Part shown: piece by piece, positions 19,156 to 28,696 of the stretch
How positions within the stretch are numbered: position 1 is the first letter of the stretch
How the letters are laid out: every line of letters begins with the position of its first letter
NCBI GenBank assembly: GCA_963706575.1
Contig: CAVPNL010000012.1
Coordinates: 32,001 to 96,000, forward strand
Origin: an uncultured delta proteobacterium
GTDB lineage: Bacteria > Desulfobacterota > Desulfobacteria > Desulfobacterales > JAHEIW01
Direction: 5' to 3'
DNA length: 64,000 nt
The notes under the pieces: generated by a model
What the model saw: the letters and a program-made list of their open reading frames with translations, nothing else
Told to the model about the DNA's origin: nothing
The model's database searches: none
Program-made: the position numbers and the translations under genes

Positions 19156-19761
19156 ATGAATTCTAAACGCAGCAAAGGCTACCCTCTTCACCGCCGCGCA
19201 GTTGTCAAGGAACTGCTTGCACAGCGGGGCGATGCACTGGTGGTTGCCGGCCTTGGAGCGGCCGCATGGGATGTGACAGCAGCGGGCGACGTGCCATTAA
19301 ACTTTCCCTTGTGGGGTGCAATGGGAGGGGCTGTACCACTTGGCCTCGGACTCGCCCTGGCCCAACCGTCTCGACGCGTTCTGGTTATCACCGGCGATGG
19401 TGAGATGCTTATGGGGCTTGGTTCACTTGCAACGGTAGCCACTCAATGCCCACCAAATCTCGCAATTGTTGTATTGGACAACGAACGCTATGGGGAGACC
19501 GGCATGCAGCTTACACACACGGCGGGTAGCGCGAATCTTGGGGCGATCGCAGCAGCATGCGGAATCCCTATCTGCAGTACCGTAGTTGACAAGAATAGCT
19601 TTAAATCTGTAATACCGCAGATCCAAAAAGAGGCGGGCCCGCTTTTTTTCAATATCAAAATCCGAGCCGAAGATCTTCCGCTCGTTCTCCCGCCAAAGGA
19701 TGGCGCATATCTTAAGGACCGTTTTCGATTCGCATTACTTGGAGCGGATGCGATTATCTAA
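19156..19761 (+). CDS. comE: Sulfopyruvate/phosphonopyruvate decarboxylase beta subunit (ThDP-binding PP domain)
   Basis: WGAMG and the GDGEMLMGLGSL...LDNERYGETG ThDP motif; immediately follows the alpha subunit. Confidence 0.75.
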   Translation: MNSKRSKGYPLHRRAVVKELLAQRGDALVVAGLGAAAWDVTAAGDVPLNFPLWGAMGGAVPLGLGLALAQPSRRVLVITGDGEMLMGLGSLATVATQCPPNLAIVVLDNERYGETGMQLTHTAGSANLGAIAAACGIPICSTVVDKNSFKSVIPQIQKEAGPLFFNIKIRAEDLPLVLPPKDGAYLKDRFRFALLGADAII

Positions 19762-19794
19762 TACTTGAATTTTACACGCGCCGGAGGCCAAACA

Positions 19795-20703
19795 TTGAAT
19801 GATCCCGTAAGCTGGCGAAAAAAGGCCTTGGGAGTGTTATTCGTCAATCTGGCAACCCTGTGCTGGGCCACCAATGCAGTTCTGGGTCGCTGGTTACGCG
19901 ATGATATCGGGCCCCTGGCACTGACCACACTGCGCTTTACCGTGGCCACTGCGGTTTTCGGCATTCTTCTCAGGGGCAGACCCGCAAAGGAGCGCCGCTA
20001 CGGAAAAGATAAGTGGTGGATTGTGGGCATGGGCCTGGCCGGCGTCGTCAGTTTCAGTCCACTTTTGTATCTCGGGCTCCGCTATTCCACAGCCGTAAAT
20101 TGTTCTTTGATTCAAGGATTTTCGCCGCTGATTACGGCCTTGATAGCCGGATTGATTATCCGCGAACCGGTCACCAGACGGCAGCTTGCAGGCGCGGTCC
20201 TGGGCCTGGTCGGGGTGGCGGGATTACTGTCGAGCGGTTCGCTCACGTTTATGCTTCGGCTCCAATTTAATCCGGGAGATCTGATTCTGCTGGCTTCGGC
20301 CGTGGTTTGGGCGTTTTATGCTGTTTTCGGCCGCCGGGTGATGCGCAACCGATCTCCGGTTGCAGCGACTGCCCTGTCCAACTTTATAAGTCTGCCCCTG
20401 ATTGCGGCGGCGGCCGCTTTTGAACTTCAATACATCCCCCTCAATCTTCGGGTGGAGACGATCGCCGCTATTGCCCACATTTGCGTGGTTCCAACCATCA
20501 TTGGGTACTGGTCCTGGAACCGTGGGCTCACGACCCTGGGAGCCGGTGGAGCAATGGTCTTCTATAACACCCTGCCCCTTTACGGCGCTGTCCTCGGAGC
20601 GGTCTTGCTAGGCGAGCCTCTGGGAATGATTCATTTTGTTTTTGGAGGACTGATCCTAATGGGGGGACTCTGGGCCACCCTTGGCAAAGAGCGGCGCAGC
20701 TGA
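19795..20703 (+). CDS. EamA/DMT family transporter
   Basis: About 10 TM helices, LRF and LLGEPL motifs. Probable TTG start at 19795 after GGAGG. Confidence 0.85.
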   Translation: MNDPVSWRKKALGVLFVNLATLCWATNAVLGRWLRDDIGPLALTTLRFTVATAVFGILLRGRPAKERRYGKDKWWIVGMGLAGVVSFSPLLYLGLRYSTAVNCSLIQGFSPLITALIAGLIIREPVTRRQLAGAVLGLVGVAGLLSSGSLTFMLRLQFNPGDLILLASAVVWAFYAVFGRRVMRNRSPVAATALSNFISLPLIAAAAAFELQYIPLNLRVETIAAIAHICVVPTIIGYWSWNRGLTTLGAGGAMVFYNTLPLYGAVLGAVLLGEPLGMIHFVFGGLILMGGLWATLGKERRS

Positions 20704-20723
20704 ACATTTAATTTAACACCCTA

Positions 20724-21254
20724 TTAAGATGCTTTCTGAAACCCAGAAAAACTGGCTTCTGATTTTTCAATATCCACTTCTGTGTCGAGGCCCGCACCGA
20801 TGTTGCTCACGAATTGACTTTCCAACTTTGAGCGCTGACCTTTTATGATGGACTCATAAATTCTTTTCATCTGACCGACAGCATCCGCACGCAGGCGAAG
20901 ACTGATGCGAGTCTTTTGAGGTTCGATTTCCTCGAGGTCCAAAATCATATGTAATTTTGTTACCGTTTCGGTAGCGACTTTTCCGAATTTTTTTAGGTTT
21001 TCTCCGGCTTCTGTTTCACCTCTGGCTTCAAGATGCCGGTTGTCTCTTCGCTCGATAATGGACATCGTCGCCTTACTATCAAGGGGTATCAGCCCGAGCT
21101 TTAAACGTAGATCACACACCACCGTATCGTCATCCAGCACTTCATAATCAACCATTGTCGGTACGCATTGAGCTACGGAATGCACATTGTTGAAAAAATT
21201 CCACACAGTTTCAACATCCTTTTCCGCAATTAAAATATTATCCAGACTGATCAT
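20724..21254 (-). CDS. CoxG-like SRPBCC-domain protein
   Basis: VETVWNFFNN...VAQCVP motif typical of CoxG. Confidence 0.75.
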   Translation of the reverse strand: MISLDNILIAEKDVETVWNFFNNVHSVAQCVPTMVDYEVLDDDTVVCDLRLKLGLIPLDSKATMSIIERRDNRHLEARGETEAGENLKKFGKVATETVTKLHMILDLEEIEPQKTRISLRLRADAVGQMKRIYESIIKGQRSKLESQFVSNIGAGLDTEVDIEKSEASFSGFQKAS

Positions 21255-21286
21255 AGATGAACTCCTTTATTGCTATTTGAACGTTG

Positions 21287-22867
21287 CTAAGATTCCCACC
21301 ATTTATCCAGGCCGTGATCTTCAGCGATTATTTCCGCTGCGATCAAGGCAGCAGCACCAATAATTCCGCCCCCCGGGTGGCCGCAAGCACCGCAGAGGTA
21401 AAGATTTTCAATGGGTGTCCGGTATTGCGACAACTCGGGCAAAGGTCTAAAGTATTCCAACTGACCCAGCATTGTTCGCCCCATAAAAACACCGCCCTTT
21501 TTCATGTTATACAGTTTTCTTTCGATGTCCAGCGGAGAGAAGGCTATTTTTTTGATAATGTTTTTGTCGTTTAGATTCGGAGCATATTCTCGCCATTTCC
21601 CGATGCAATGGTCCATGTAATCATTTTTGATATTGTCCCAACCCTGTGCCCCCCCTTCTTTAAGATCATAAGGTGCGGGCTGCCATATCAAGGCGGTATG
21701 CTTTCCTTTGGGTGCCTGGCTGGAATCAAATAAAGTGGGAATTGAGCAAAACAGCCCCGGATGCTCAGGAAGTTTTCCCGATCTTATTTCGGCCCAGAGC
21801 AACTGATAATCTTCAGGAGTTTCCAGGCCGATATTGAGCTTGAAAGCCCGATCGATATCCGGGTTAAAATTTGCTGCTGTATGGAAGGGCGGTTCATTCA
21901 ACGCCAGATGAACCCCGAAGATCGAAAATTCATCCAAAATAAAGCTTTGGATTTTTTTTATAAAATTTTCCTCCAGATGCGCTTCATCAATCAACTCTAA
22001 AAAAGTTTGTTTCAAATCGATAGCGCTAGCCACTAGCTTGTTGGCGTGATATTTTTCACCCCCTAAAACTTCAACCCCTTTGGCCTGGCCGTTTTCAATT
22101 ATGATTTTGTTTACATGTGAATACCCAAGGGCCATTCCGCCATTGGCAAAGTATGATCGCCATAGGGCGTGTGCCAGCACATGGGAACCTCCGATACAGA
22201 TTTGAGAATGTTCGACCTGACTGACGATCAAAGGAATTACCGTGCCCAGTCCGTCGTAGTCATGGGCAATACCGCGAGGAATCGGCAGCTGATGGAGAAT
22301 TAAAGCTTTCACATGCTCATTTTCAAAATATTCATCTAGTACGTCTTTGGGGTTCAGCCTGCCCATTCTGACAAAATCCAGCCCTTCCGGACTTGCTTCC
22401 AAAATTCCCAGTTGTTCTGAAGGCAGCTGCGGGCGCGTATATAACGCAGGCACCACAACCGACTCCATAAAATCCCCGTAGTTCTCATTCATCTCCCTGT
22501 AAGCCTGCGCATCGTGCTTTGACACTCTCGCAATCGATTCGCAGGTTTTTTCGAGATCAACATGGACCGTGACGGCCGTTCCATCTGCCAGTGCAATGCC
22601 GGCTTGTACTGGAGGTCGAAAATATCTGGCGTTGTAGTCTCCAAGTTTCAAATCGATAAAAGAAGGCATGATATTTATTGTGTCATGAAAGTAGGAATGC
22701 AAATTATGCAGGAACCCCGGAATGGTAACTTCCTCCGTACTTAACCCCCCGCCAATTTCTACCCGCCTTTCAAGAATCAGGGTCTTTAGCCCTGCTTTTG
22801 CCAGGTAGTTACCTAAGATGAGTCCGTTATGTCCTCCGCCAATGATAATGGCATCGAAGACTTTCAT
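21287..22867 (-). CDS. FAD-dependent oxidoreductase, phytoene desaturase/PYROXD2-like (paralogue 2)
   Basis: DAIIIGGGHNGL, LERR..IGG, APKGKHT, YRTPIENLYLCGACGHPGGG. Confidence 0.9.
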   Translation of the reverse strand: MKVFDAIIIGGGHNGLILGNYLAKAGLKTLILERRVEIGGGLSTEEVTIPGFLHNLHSYFHDTINIMPSFIDLKLGDYNARYFRPPVQAGIALADGTAVTVHVDLEKTCESIARVSKHDAQAYREMNENYGDFMESVVVPALYTRPQLPSEQLGILEASPEGLDFVRMGRLNPKDVLDEYFENEHVKALILHQLPIPRGIAHDYDGLGTVIPLIVSQVEHSQICIGGSHVLAHALWRSYFANGGMALGYSHVNKIIIENGQAKGVEVLGGEKYHANKLVASAIDLKQTFLELIDEAHLEENFIKKIQSFILDEFSIFGVHLALNEPPFHTAANFNPDIDRAFKLNIGLETPEDYQLLWAEIRSGKLPEHPGLFCSIPTLFDSSQAPKGKHTALIWQPAPYDLKEGGAQGWDNIKNDYMDHCIGKWREYAPNLNDKNIIKKIAFSPLDIERKLYNMKKGGVFMGRTMLGQLEYFRPLPELSQYRTPIENLYLCGACGHPGGGIIGAAALIAAEIIAEDHGLDKWWES

Positions 22868-22986
22868 TTTCCCGCTCTCCTAATTCATGAAAAACAAGCT
22901 GCAAAGGTTAATTGCCCTGCACAATGCTGATTTTCTTTATTCCAAAATATATACTTAAAAGTTCGCCTGACCGATAATGTCCATTA

Positions 22987-23802
22987 TTACTCGATTTGGA
23001 TAATACTATTATCCGGCAGACCCAGCTTAAGATGTTTCAGGGCCTGTTCCACCTGACGCTTTTGATAAGCTTCCAATGTAATCAGGACGCTTGAGCAGCC
23101 GTTTTTTCCGGCAGGATAGGAGCCAATGGTTACTGTTTTGTGAAACACAGCGACTTCGTTCAAAAATGTTGCGATTTCCGATTCGCACTGGGCCACATAG
23201 ACTTTTTTCAAAAATAGCGTATTATTCCCTAAATATTTGGTGCTGACAAAAAATTTGGCTTTCAACAGTTTCGGTACGCCCGGTAAAATGAATACATTTT
23301 TAAATTTTATCAGAGGGAATTTGAGGCACTTATCCATAATGAGCTCAGCCCCTTCGGGGGTCTGTGCCATTTTAAGGTTTTCAGTGGTCAGATGATCACC
23401 AAAGCGCTCGTGCAACAGGACTTTTAAATATTGATTAACAACCGGTTGCACATTGAAAGCCCCGGATATGGCTTCAATGGTGACATCGTCATGGGTGGGT
23501 CCGATTCCCCCGGAAGTGAAAACATATGTAAATCGATTCGAAAAAAATCTTATCGTCTCTCTAATTGCATCGATTTCATCTGGAATAATGGCCGTACATC
23601 CGACTTTTACGCCATGTGCACTCAGCTCCCTTGCCATGAACATTGAGTTGCTGTCTTTGATCATTCCCGAAAGGATCTCATTGCCGATAATCACGATACC
23701 TGCAGTGAATTCCTGAAAATCAACCTGCTTAAATGGCGCGACATGATGGCGAGCGCTAACGTTATCTTTGGGTACGGGATTTAACACATTCATTTGAATC
23801 AT
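22987..23802 (-). CDS. CinA/MoeA-like molybdopterin-binding-domain protein (FAD-hydrolase-like)
   Basis: IIGNEILSG...DSN, TSGGIGPTHDDVT, ILPGVP, IGSYP. Confidence 0.85.
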   Translation of the reverse strand: MIQMNVLNPVPKDNVSARHHVAPFKQVDFQEFTAGIVIIGNEILSGMIKDSNSMFMARELSAHGVKVGCTAIIPDEIDAIRETIRFFSNRFTYVFTSGGIGPTHDDVTIEAISGAFNVQPVVNQYLKVLLHERFGDHLTTENLKMAQTPEGAELIMDKCLKFPLIKFKNVFILPGVPKLLKAKFFVSTKYLGNNTLFLKKVYVAQCESEIATFLNEVAVFHKTVTIGSYPAGKNGCSSVLITLEAYQKRQVEQALKHLKLGLPDNSIIQIE

Positions 23803-23934
23803 CCTTTAATGGTAAGGTTTACAGTCTAATCATCAACGACATATTAAGCATAAAAATTTAAATCGCTCTGGTCTCCTTTACCATAATCCTATAAGAACAA
23901 ACCCTGCGGTATTCGGTAAGGCTGAAACTCAGAA

Positions 23935-24150
23935 TTAAAGTTTACGATCCGGCAGGTAAATAACCTCGCGGATGGGCTTCGAGAGTCCTCCAAATGCCGT
24001 TCCCCTGGGAGGCCCGTGTGCTTTTTTTTCTTCCGGGTCAAAATATGCATCACAGTGAGGACAATGACGCGGTAGATCCTGACCATATAGACCTGCATCA
24101 CAATGGAAGGAATTTTTACATTCGGGGCATTTGATATAATAGATTTTCAT
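23935..24150 (-). CDS. Small Zn-ribbon protein downstream of UbiD
   Basis: CPEC...CPHC, 71 aa, starting 14 bp after the UbiD stop. Confidence 0.75.
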   Translation of the reverse strand: MKIYYIKCPECKNSFHCDAGLYGQDLPRHCPHCDAYFDPEEKKAHGPPRGTAFGGLSKPIREVIYLPDRKL

Positions 24151-24164
24151 TGGTTTTATTCCGT

Positions 24165-25568
24165 TTAAATTTTAATATACTTTTCAAGCCGGATTCGCTT
24201 CAATATTTCCTCGGGAACCGCTGCTTTTGGTAGGTAAGCACGGTCCAGGGGCCGGGTGGCATCGATGACCATGCCCGACCCTCTGGTTTCCTGTTTGAGA
24301 GAAGGATCCAGCAATTGACCCTGTATGTTGTTTAAGATGGTCAGATCTGAGTCCGCCTGGCAGCAGCATGCTATGGCCCACATGACCGCTTTGGCGTCTC
24401 CAGGATCAATGTCCGCATCCACCACGATGACATGTTTTATAAAATTGCTGGCACTCAGTGCGGCCATGGCTGCGCGCATGGGCTCGCCTTCGGTTTTTTT
24501 TTGCATGCTAATCACCATATGAAAGGGGCCGCCGGAACTCAACCAGCAAACATCTTTTACACCCGGTATGGCCTGCTTAGCCCTTTGAAAGATGCTGGCC
24601 TCAATCGGGAAATGGGCATTGAGATGATCCAGATGGGCGCCGAAAACACAGTGCATGATGGGTTGTTTACGACAGGAAATGGCTCTGGCGCGAAAAAGCC
24701 ATGAGACCCGCTGAGCCCCGATCAAACGTGTAAACTCTCCGAAAGGTCCTTCAATGGTTCGTTTTTGAGGGACGATTTCGCCCTCGATCACCGCCTCTGC
24801 GTCAGCGGGAATGAGCAGACGATCCCCATAGGTTTCAGAAGGCACGACTCTCAACGGCTGGCCCAGGAGACCGCCGGCGACTTCATATTCGTCATCCTCC
24901 AGATGCGTGAGCGCCGACGCGGCAAGCATAAAGCCCATATGGTGCCCGAGAACAACACCGATGGGCAAGGGTTTGCCTCTGGATTCGGCTTCTTGAAAAT
25001 ATGTCCACAGGTGCCGGGGAGACATGTAAATGGCCATGTGATGGGAATCCATATACATCATACGGTTCCACGATGTGTTGTAGCGTTTTTTGTCAGGGGC
25101 TCGGGTCACTACGACCGGTGTCAGGTAAGGTCCGCCGTCCTGGGCATTGTGTCGCATGATCGGCAGGTCTGCCAGGTCCAGCGACGCCTCGCGAATGACG
25201 ACTTCTTTGACAGGTGCCTCTGCAGATTCAACCACGGTTACGGGGTAGCGCTGTTTGGAAATTTTCAGGTAGTGTTCAAAGAGCGCCGCCCGTTGAGAAA
25301 TTTCCCGGTCCCATGATACGGCGATCTTTTCATGTGTCGTAAAGGCATGGCTCAGCAACTGAAACTTCGTCGGCTCGCCTTTCACACTGGTGACCTTCTC
25401 GAAAAGGACGGCCTCCAGTTTCCCGCGTTCTTCCAGCTTATGCAGGATTGCTGAAACTTCAAACTGCGCGGGCTGCACCTTGCGGGATACCGTTAACGGC
25501 TCACCGGGAATTCGGGTTTTAAGATCATTTAACCAGCTGCGCAGGTCTTTTGGCATGTCATTCTCCAC
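24165..25568 (-). CDS. UbiD-family prFMN-dependent (de)carboxylase
   Basis: DLRSWL, DGGPYLT, EGPFGEF catalytic motif, VIVVDADID, LDPS, IDATRP. Confidence 0.9.
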   Translation of the reverse strand: MENDMPKDLRSWLNDLKTRIPGEPLTVSRKVQPAQFEVSAILHKLEERGKLEAVLFEKVTSVKGEPTKFQLLSHAFTTHEKIAVSWDREISQRAALFEHYLKISKQRYPVTVVESAEAPVKEVVIREASLDLADLPIMRHNAQDGGPYLTPVVVTRAPDKKRYNTSWNRMMYMDSHHMAIYMSPRHLWTYFQEAESRGKPLPIGVVLGHHMGFMLAASALTHLEDDEYEVAGGLLGQPLRVVPSETYGDRLLIPADAEAVIEGEIVPQKRTIEGPFGEFTRLIGAQRVSWLFRARAISCRKQPIMHCVFGAHLDHLNAHFPIEASIFQRAKQAIPGVKDVCWLSSGGPFHMVISMQKKTEGEPMRAAMAALSASNFIKHVIVVDADIDPGDAKAVMWAIACCCQADSDLTILNNIQGQLLDPSLKQETRGSGMVIDATRPLDRAYLPKAAVPEEILKRIRLEKYIKI

Positions 25569-25582
25569 AGGCTACCGAGCGT

Positions 25583-27196
25583 TTACTCAAGGTTTGACCA
25601 CAGGGTTTGCGGATCCGGCGGATCCCACCAGATTTTTAACTTAAGGTCTTCACAAATGACTCTGGCAGCATTGTAACCTGGAGCTCCGGTGATATTTCCG
25701 AAGGGATGGGTGCTTGATCCGCATAGATACAGCCTTTCAATCGGTGTTCGATATGGTTTAATCTCCGGGAATGGCCGATTATCGAGCATTTGATCATGCA
25801 GGGCTCTTCCCACGCAATGATCCCCGTATCGCATATTAATCAGTTTTCTTTCAACATCCAGCGGCGTAAATATGTAGTGAGCGATAATGTTGTCCCGGTT
25901 GAGATTGGGTGCATATTGTCTCCACCGCTCAAGGCAGACTTCCATGTAGTCTTCTTTGATGGTGTCCCATTCCTCGGCACCGCCTTTATTTAGGCGATAG
26001 GGAGCCATCTGCCAGAGAAAAGCGGTGTGCTTGCCTGCCGGTGCCTGGATCGGATCGTGCAGCGTGGGTTGCGCACACTGCATGCCCGGTTTTTGGGGAG
26101 GCTTTCCGGCATCGATTTCTTTTTCATGCGCGAAATAATCTTCCAAACACTCCAAGCCAATATTATAGTTGAAACCCTGATTGATATCCGGATCGAATTC
26201 AGCTGCGGTATAATGCAGGGGTTCATTCAGCGCTAGATGAACGCCGAAAAGCGGAAACTTGGAGAATTTAAACCCCTTTACTTTTTCAGCAAAATTGGAT
26301 TCCAGGTTGTCCTCTCCCACCAGTTCAAGAAACGTTTGCGGTACATCCACTGAACTGGCAACCAGCTTGGCGGCTTTTATTTTCCGCCCGTCATTCATGA
26401 TTACCCCCACAGCGCGGCCCGCTTCGATAATAATCTCGCGCACATGGGCCGCCTCTCGAATTTTGCCGCCGTGGGTTTCAACAAATTTAGAAATGCCATG
26501 TGCCAGGTAATGTGACCCGCCTTTGCACATGCTTCCCCTGAGGCCACCAATCATGGCCGCGGCAACATTGAAACCCAATCCCGGCTCATGTGCCAGAAAC
26601 ATACGGGTGGTCACCAGGAAGATAATCATTGCCTGCATTTGTTCGCTTTCGAAAAACTCTTTTGTTAAAGCCACCGGTGATTTTTCACTCAGGGCAAGAT
26701 ACTCACGGCCCAGCCCACTTTTTCCCAATAAAGCCTTTTTTTCTGCAAATGGAATCGGCGGTGAATAACTTTCGGGTGTAATAATTTTGTCACTTATTTC
26801 CTGGAAAAGAGACATGAGCTTACGGTAGGTACGGGCATCCTTTTCAGAAAAATAAGAAATATTTTTGATGGTTTTTTCCAGGTCACTATGAAACACGAGG
26901 CATTTGCCGTTGCCGTAGGGAGCGACTGTTTGGACATTGGGCATGATCATGCGAATTCCGAAATGCTCCAGCTCCAAATCCCGGTACCACGGAAGATCCG
27001 GCACCCATCTGAGAAAAAACGAATGCAAATTGTGATAAAATCCCGGAACCGTTATCTCCTCTGTACAGAGCCCGCCACCGGGCTCCATACGTCGTTCTAA
27101 AACCAGGGTACTCAAACCTGCCTTTCTCAGGTAGGCGGCCAGAATTTGACCATTATGCCCGCCACCGATAATGATGGCATCAAAAATCTCTTCCAT
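25583..27196 (-). CDS. FAD-dependent oxidoreductase, phytoene desaturase/PYROXD2-like (paralogue 1)
   Basis: DAIIIGGGHNG, APAGKHT, YRTPIERLYLCGSSTHPFG.ITGAPGYNAA. Clearly paralogous to 21287-22867. Confidence 0.9.
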   Translation of the reverse strand: MEEIFDAIIIGGGHNGQILAAYLRKAGLSTLVLERRMEPGGGLCTEEITVPGFYHNLHSFFLRWVPDLPWYRDLELEHFGIRMIMPNVQTVAPYGNGKCLVFHSDLEKTIKNISYFSEKDARTYRKLMSLFQEISDKIITPESYSPPIPFAEKKALLGKSGLGREYLALSEKSPVALTKEFFESEQMQAMIIFLVTTRMFLAHEPGLGFNVAAAMIGGLRGSMCKGGSHYLAHGISKFVETHGGKIREAAHVREIIIEAGRAVGVIMNDGRKIKAAKLVASSVDVPQTFLELVGEDNLESNFAEKVKGFKFSKFPLFGVHLALNEPLHYTAAEFDPDINQGFNYNIGLECLEDYFAHEKEIDAGKPPQKPGMQCAQPTLHDPIQAPAGKHTAFLWQMAPYRLNKGGAEEWDTIKEDYMEVCLERWRQYAPNLNRDNIIAHYIFTPLDVERKLINMRYGDHCVGRALHDQMLDNRPFPEIKPYRTPIERLYLCGSSTHPFGNITGAPGYNAARVICEDLKLKIWWDPPDPQTLWSNLE

Positions 27197-27213
27197 GTTC
27201 GTCTCATTCCTGG

Positions 27214-27939
27214 TTAATTAATTTGCTTCTGGGTCCGCTTTCCACCTAAATAGGCCTCCTGGACCTTTTGGTTGGCATAAAGCTCATCGCCGCTACCCTC
27301 TAAGACGATATTGCCGTTTTCGAGAACATATCCACGGTCGGCAATTTTCAGGGCCTTGCGGGCGTTTTGCTCTACTAAAAGAATGGCGACATCTTCACTT
27401 TTGAGTGCTCGAATTCTGGAAAAAACTTCATTTACCAGCATCGGCGCCAGTCCCAGAGAGGGTTCGTCCATCATTATCAACGTTGGTTTGGCCATCAGCG
27501 CGCGTCCGATCGCCAACATCTGCTGTTCGCCACCGCTGAGTGTTCTGCCCAGCTGGTGTTGCCGCTGTTGGAGAATCGGAAATATCTGGAAGACCTCCGG
27601 CAGGGACTGTTTTAAATCTTCGCTTGCCCTGGTGAATCCGCCCATCAGGAGATTCTCCATAACTGTCATCTCACTAAAAATTTCGCGTCCTTCCTGAATC
27701 AGAGAAATCCCCTGGCGCACAATTTTGTGAGGCGCCAAACGGACGATATTTTTTCCTTTGAAGAGAATCTCCCCCTTGCGAGGTACAAGAATCCCTGAAA
27801 TAGTGCCCAGCAGGGTTGATTTGCCGGCACCATTGGCGCCGATGAGCGTGACAATCTCTCCCGTTTTGACCTCAAGATCAACGCCCTTCAACACCTGTAT
27901 GGCGCCATAACCGGCTTCAATGCCTTTGACTGCAAGCAT
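27214..27939 (-). CDS. livF: HAAT/LIV ABC transporter ATP-binding protein
   Basis: GANGAGKST, LSGGEQQMLAIGRALM, DEPSLGLAP. Confidence 0.9.
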   Translation of the reverse strand: MLAVKGIEAGYGAIQVLKGVDLEVKTGEIVTLIGANGAGKSTLLGTISGILVPRKGEILFKGKNIVRLAPHKIVRQGISLIQEGREIFSEMTVMENLLMGGFTRASEDLKQSLPEVFQIFPILQQRQHQLGRTLSGGEQQMLAIGRALMAKPTLIMMDEPSLGLAPMLVNEVFSRIRALKSEDVAILLVEQNARKALKIADRGYVLENGNIVLEGSGDELYANQKVQEAYLGGKRTQKQIN

Positions 27940-27946
27940 AGATAAC

Positions 27947-28696
27947 CTACTCTTCCTCTCGTCCCAGATAGGCCTCTATGACGGCCTCACTGGTCTGAAT
28001 TTCTACAGGCGTACCCTTAGCGATCACGGATCCAAAGTTCAGCACGGATATATAATCGCAGATGCCCATAACGATATTCATGTCATGCTCGATCAACATG
28101 ATGGTCTGGCCCATATCCCGGATATCCTGGATCCTTTCCAACAGATCCTCGGTTTCTACCTCGTTCATGCCTGCAGCCGGTTCATCCAACAGCAAAAGCT
28201 CGGGGGCCAGCGCAAGTGCTCGTGCAATTTCCAGGCGTCGCTGGTCGCCGTATGCCAGGCTGATGCTCGGTTCATTTCGTTTTCCCCAGAGCCCCATTTT
28301 TTGCAATAAAACTTCGGCCTCTTCCTGTAATTTTCTCTCCCTGGCACTTAGAAGCTGGACCAGACTGAGAATGCCGGATCGTGCTCTGATATTCTGAGCC
28401 ACCAGCACATTATCCATAACGGTCATGGTGCCAAAAAGTCGAATGTTTTGAAATGTACGCGCGATTCCCAGTCTGGCAATTTTGTTGGGCGGCAGTCGGG
28501 TTAATTCCTTTCCGGAGAACCGGATTGAGCCCTCGGTTGCGGGTAAGAGGCCGGTAATGATATTGAATAGCGTTGTTTTCCCAGCGCCATTGGGGCCGAT
28601 GAGTCCATAAATCTGTTTTTCCTTCACCTCTAAACCAATATCATTAAGGGCCGTCAATCCGCCGAAATTTTTGGTGACGTTGGCAATCTCCAGCAT
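27947..28696 (-). CDS. livG: HAAT/LIV ABC transporter ATP-binding protein
   Basis: GPNGAGKTT, ARTFQNIRLF, LAYGDQRRLEIARAL, DEPAAG. Confidence 0.9.
   Translation of the reverse strand: MLEIANVTKNFGGLTALNDIGLEVKEKQIYGLIGPNGAGKTTLFNIITGLLPATEGSIRFSGKELTRLPPNKIARLGIARTFQNIRLFGTMTVMDNVLVAQNIRARSGILSLVQLLSARERKLQEEAEVLLQKMGLWGKRNEPSISLAYGDQRRLEIARALALAPELLLLDEPAAGMNEVETEDLLERIQDIRDMGQTIMLIEHDMNIVMGICDYISVLNFGSVIAKGTPVEIQTSEAVIEAYLGREEE

Noticed and set aside
21287..27196. Carotenoid biosynthesis (crtI/crtO)
   Set aside because: No phytoene synthase, GGPP synthase or cyclase is present, and the context is catabolic.
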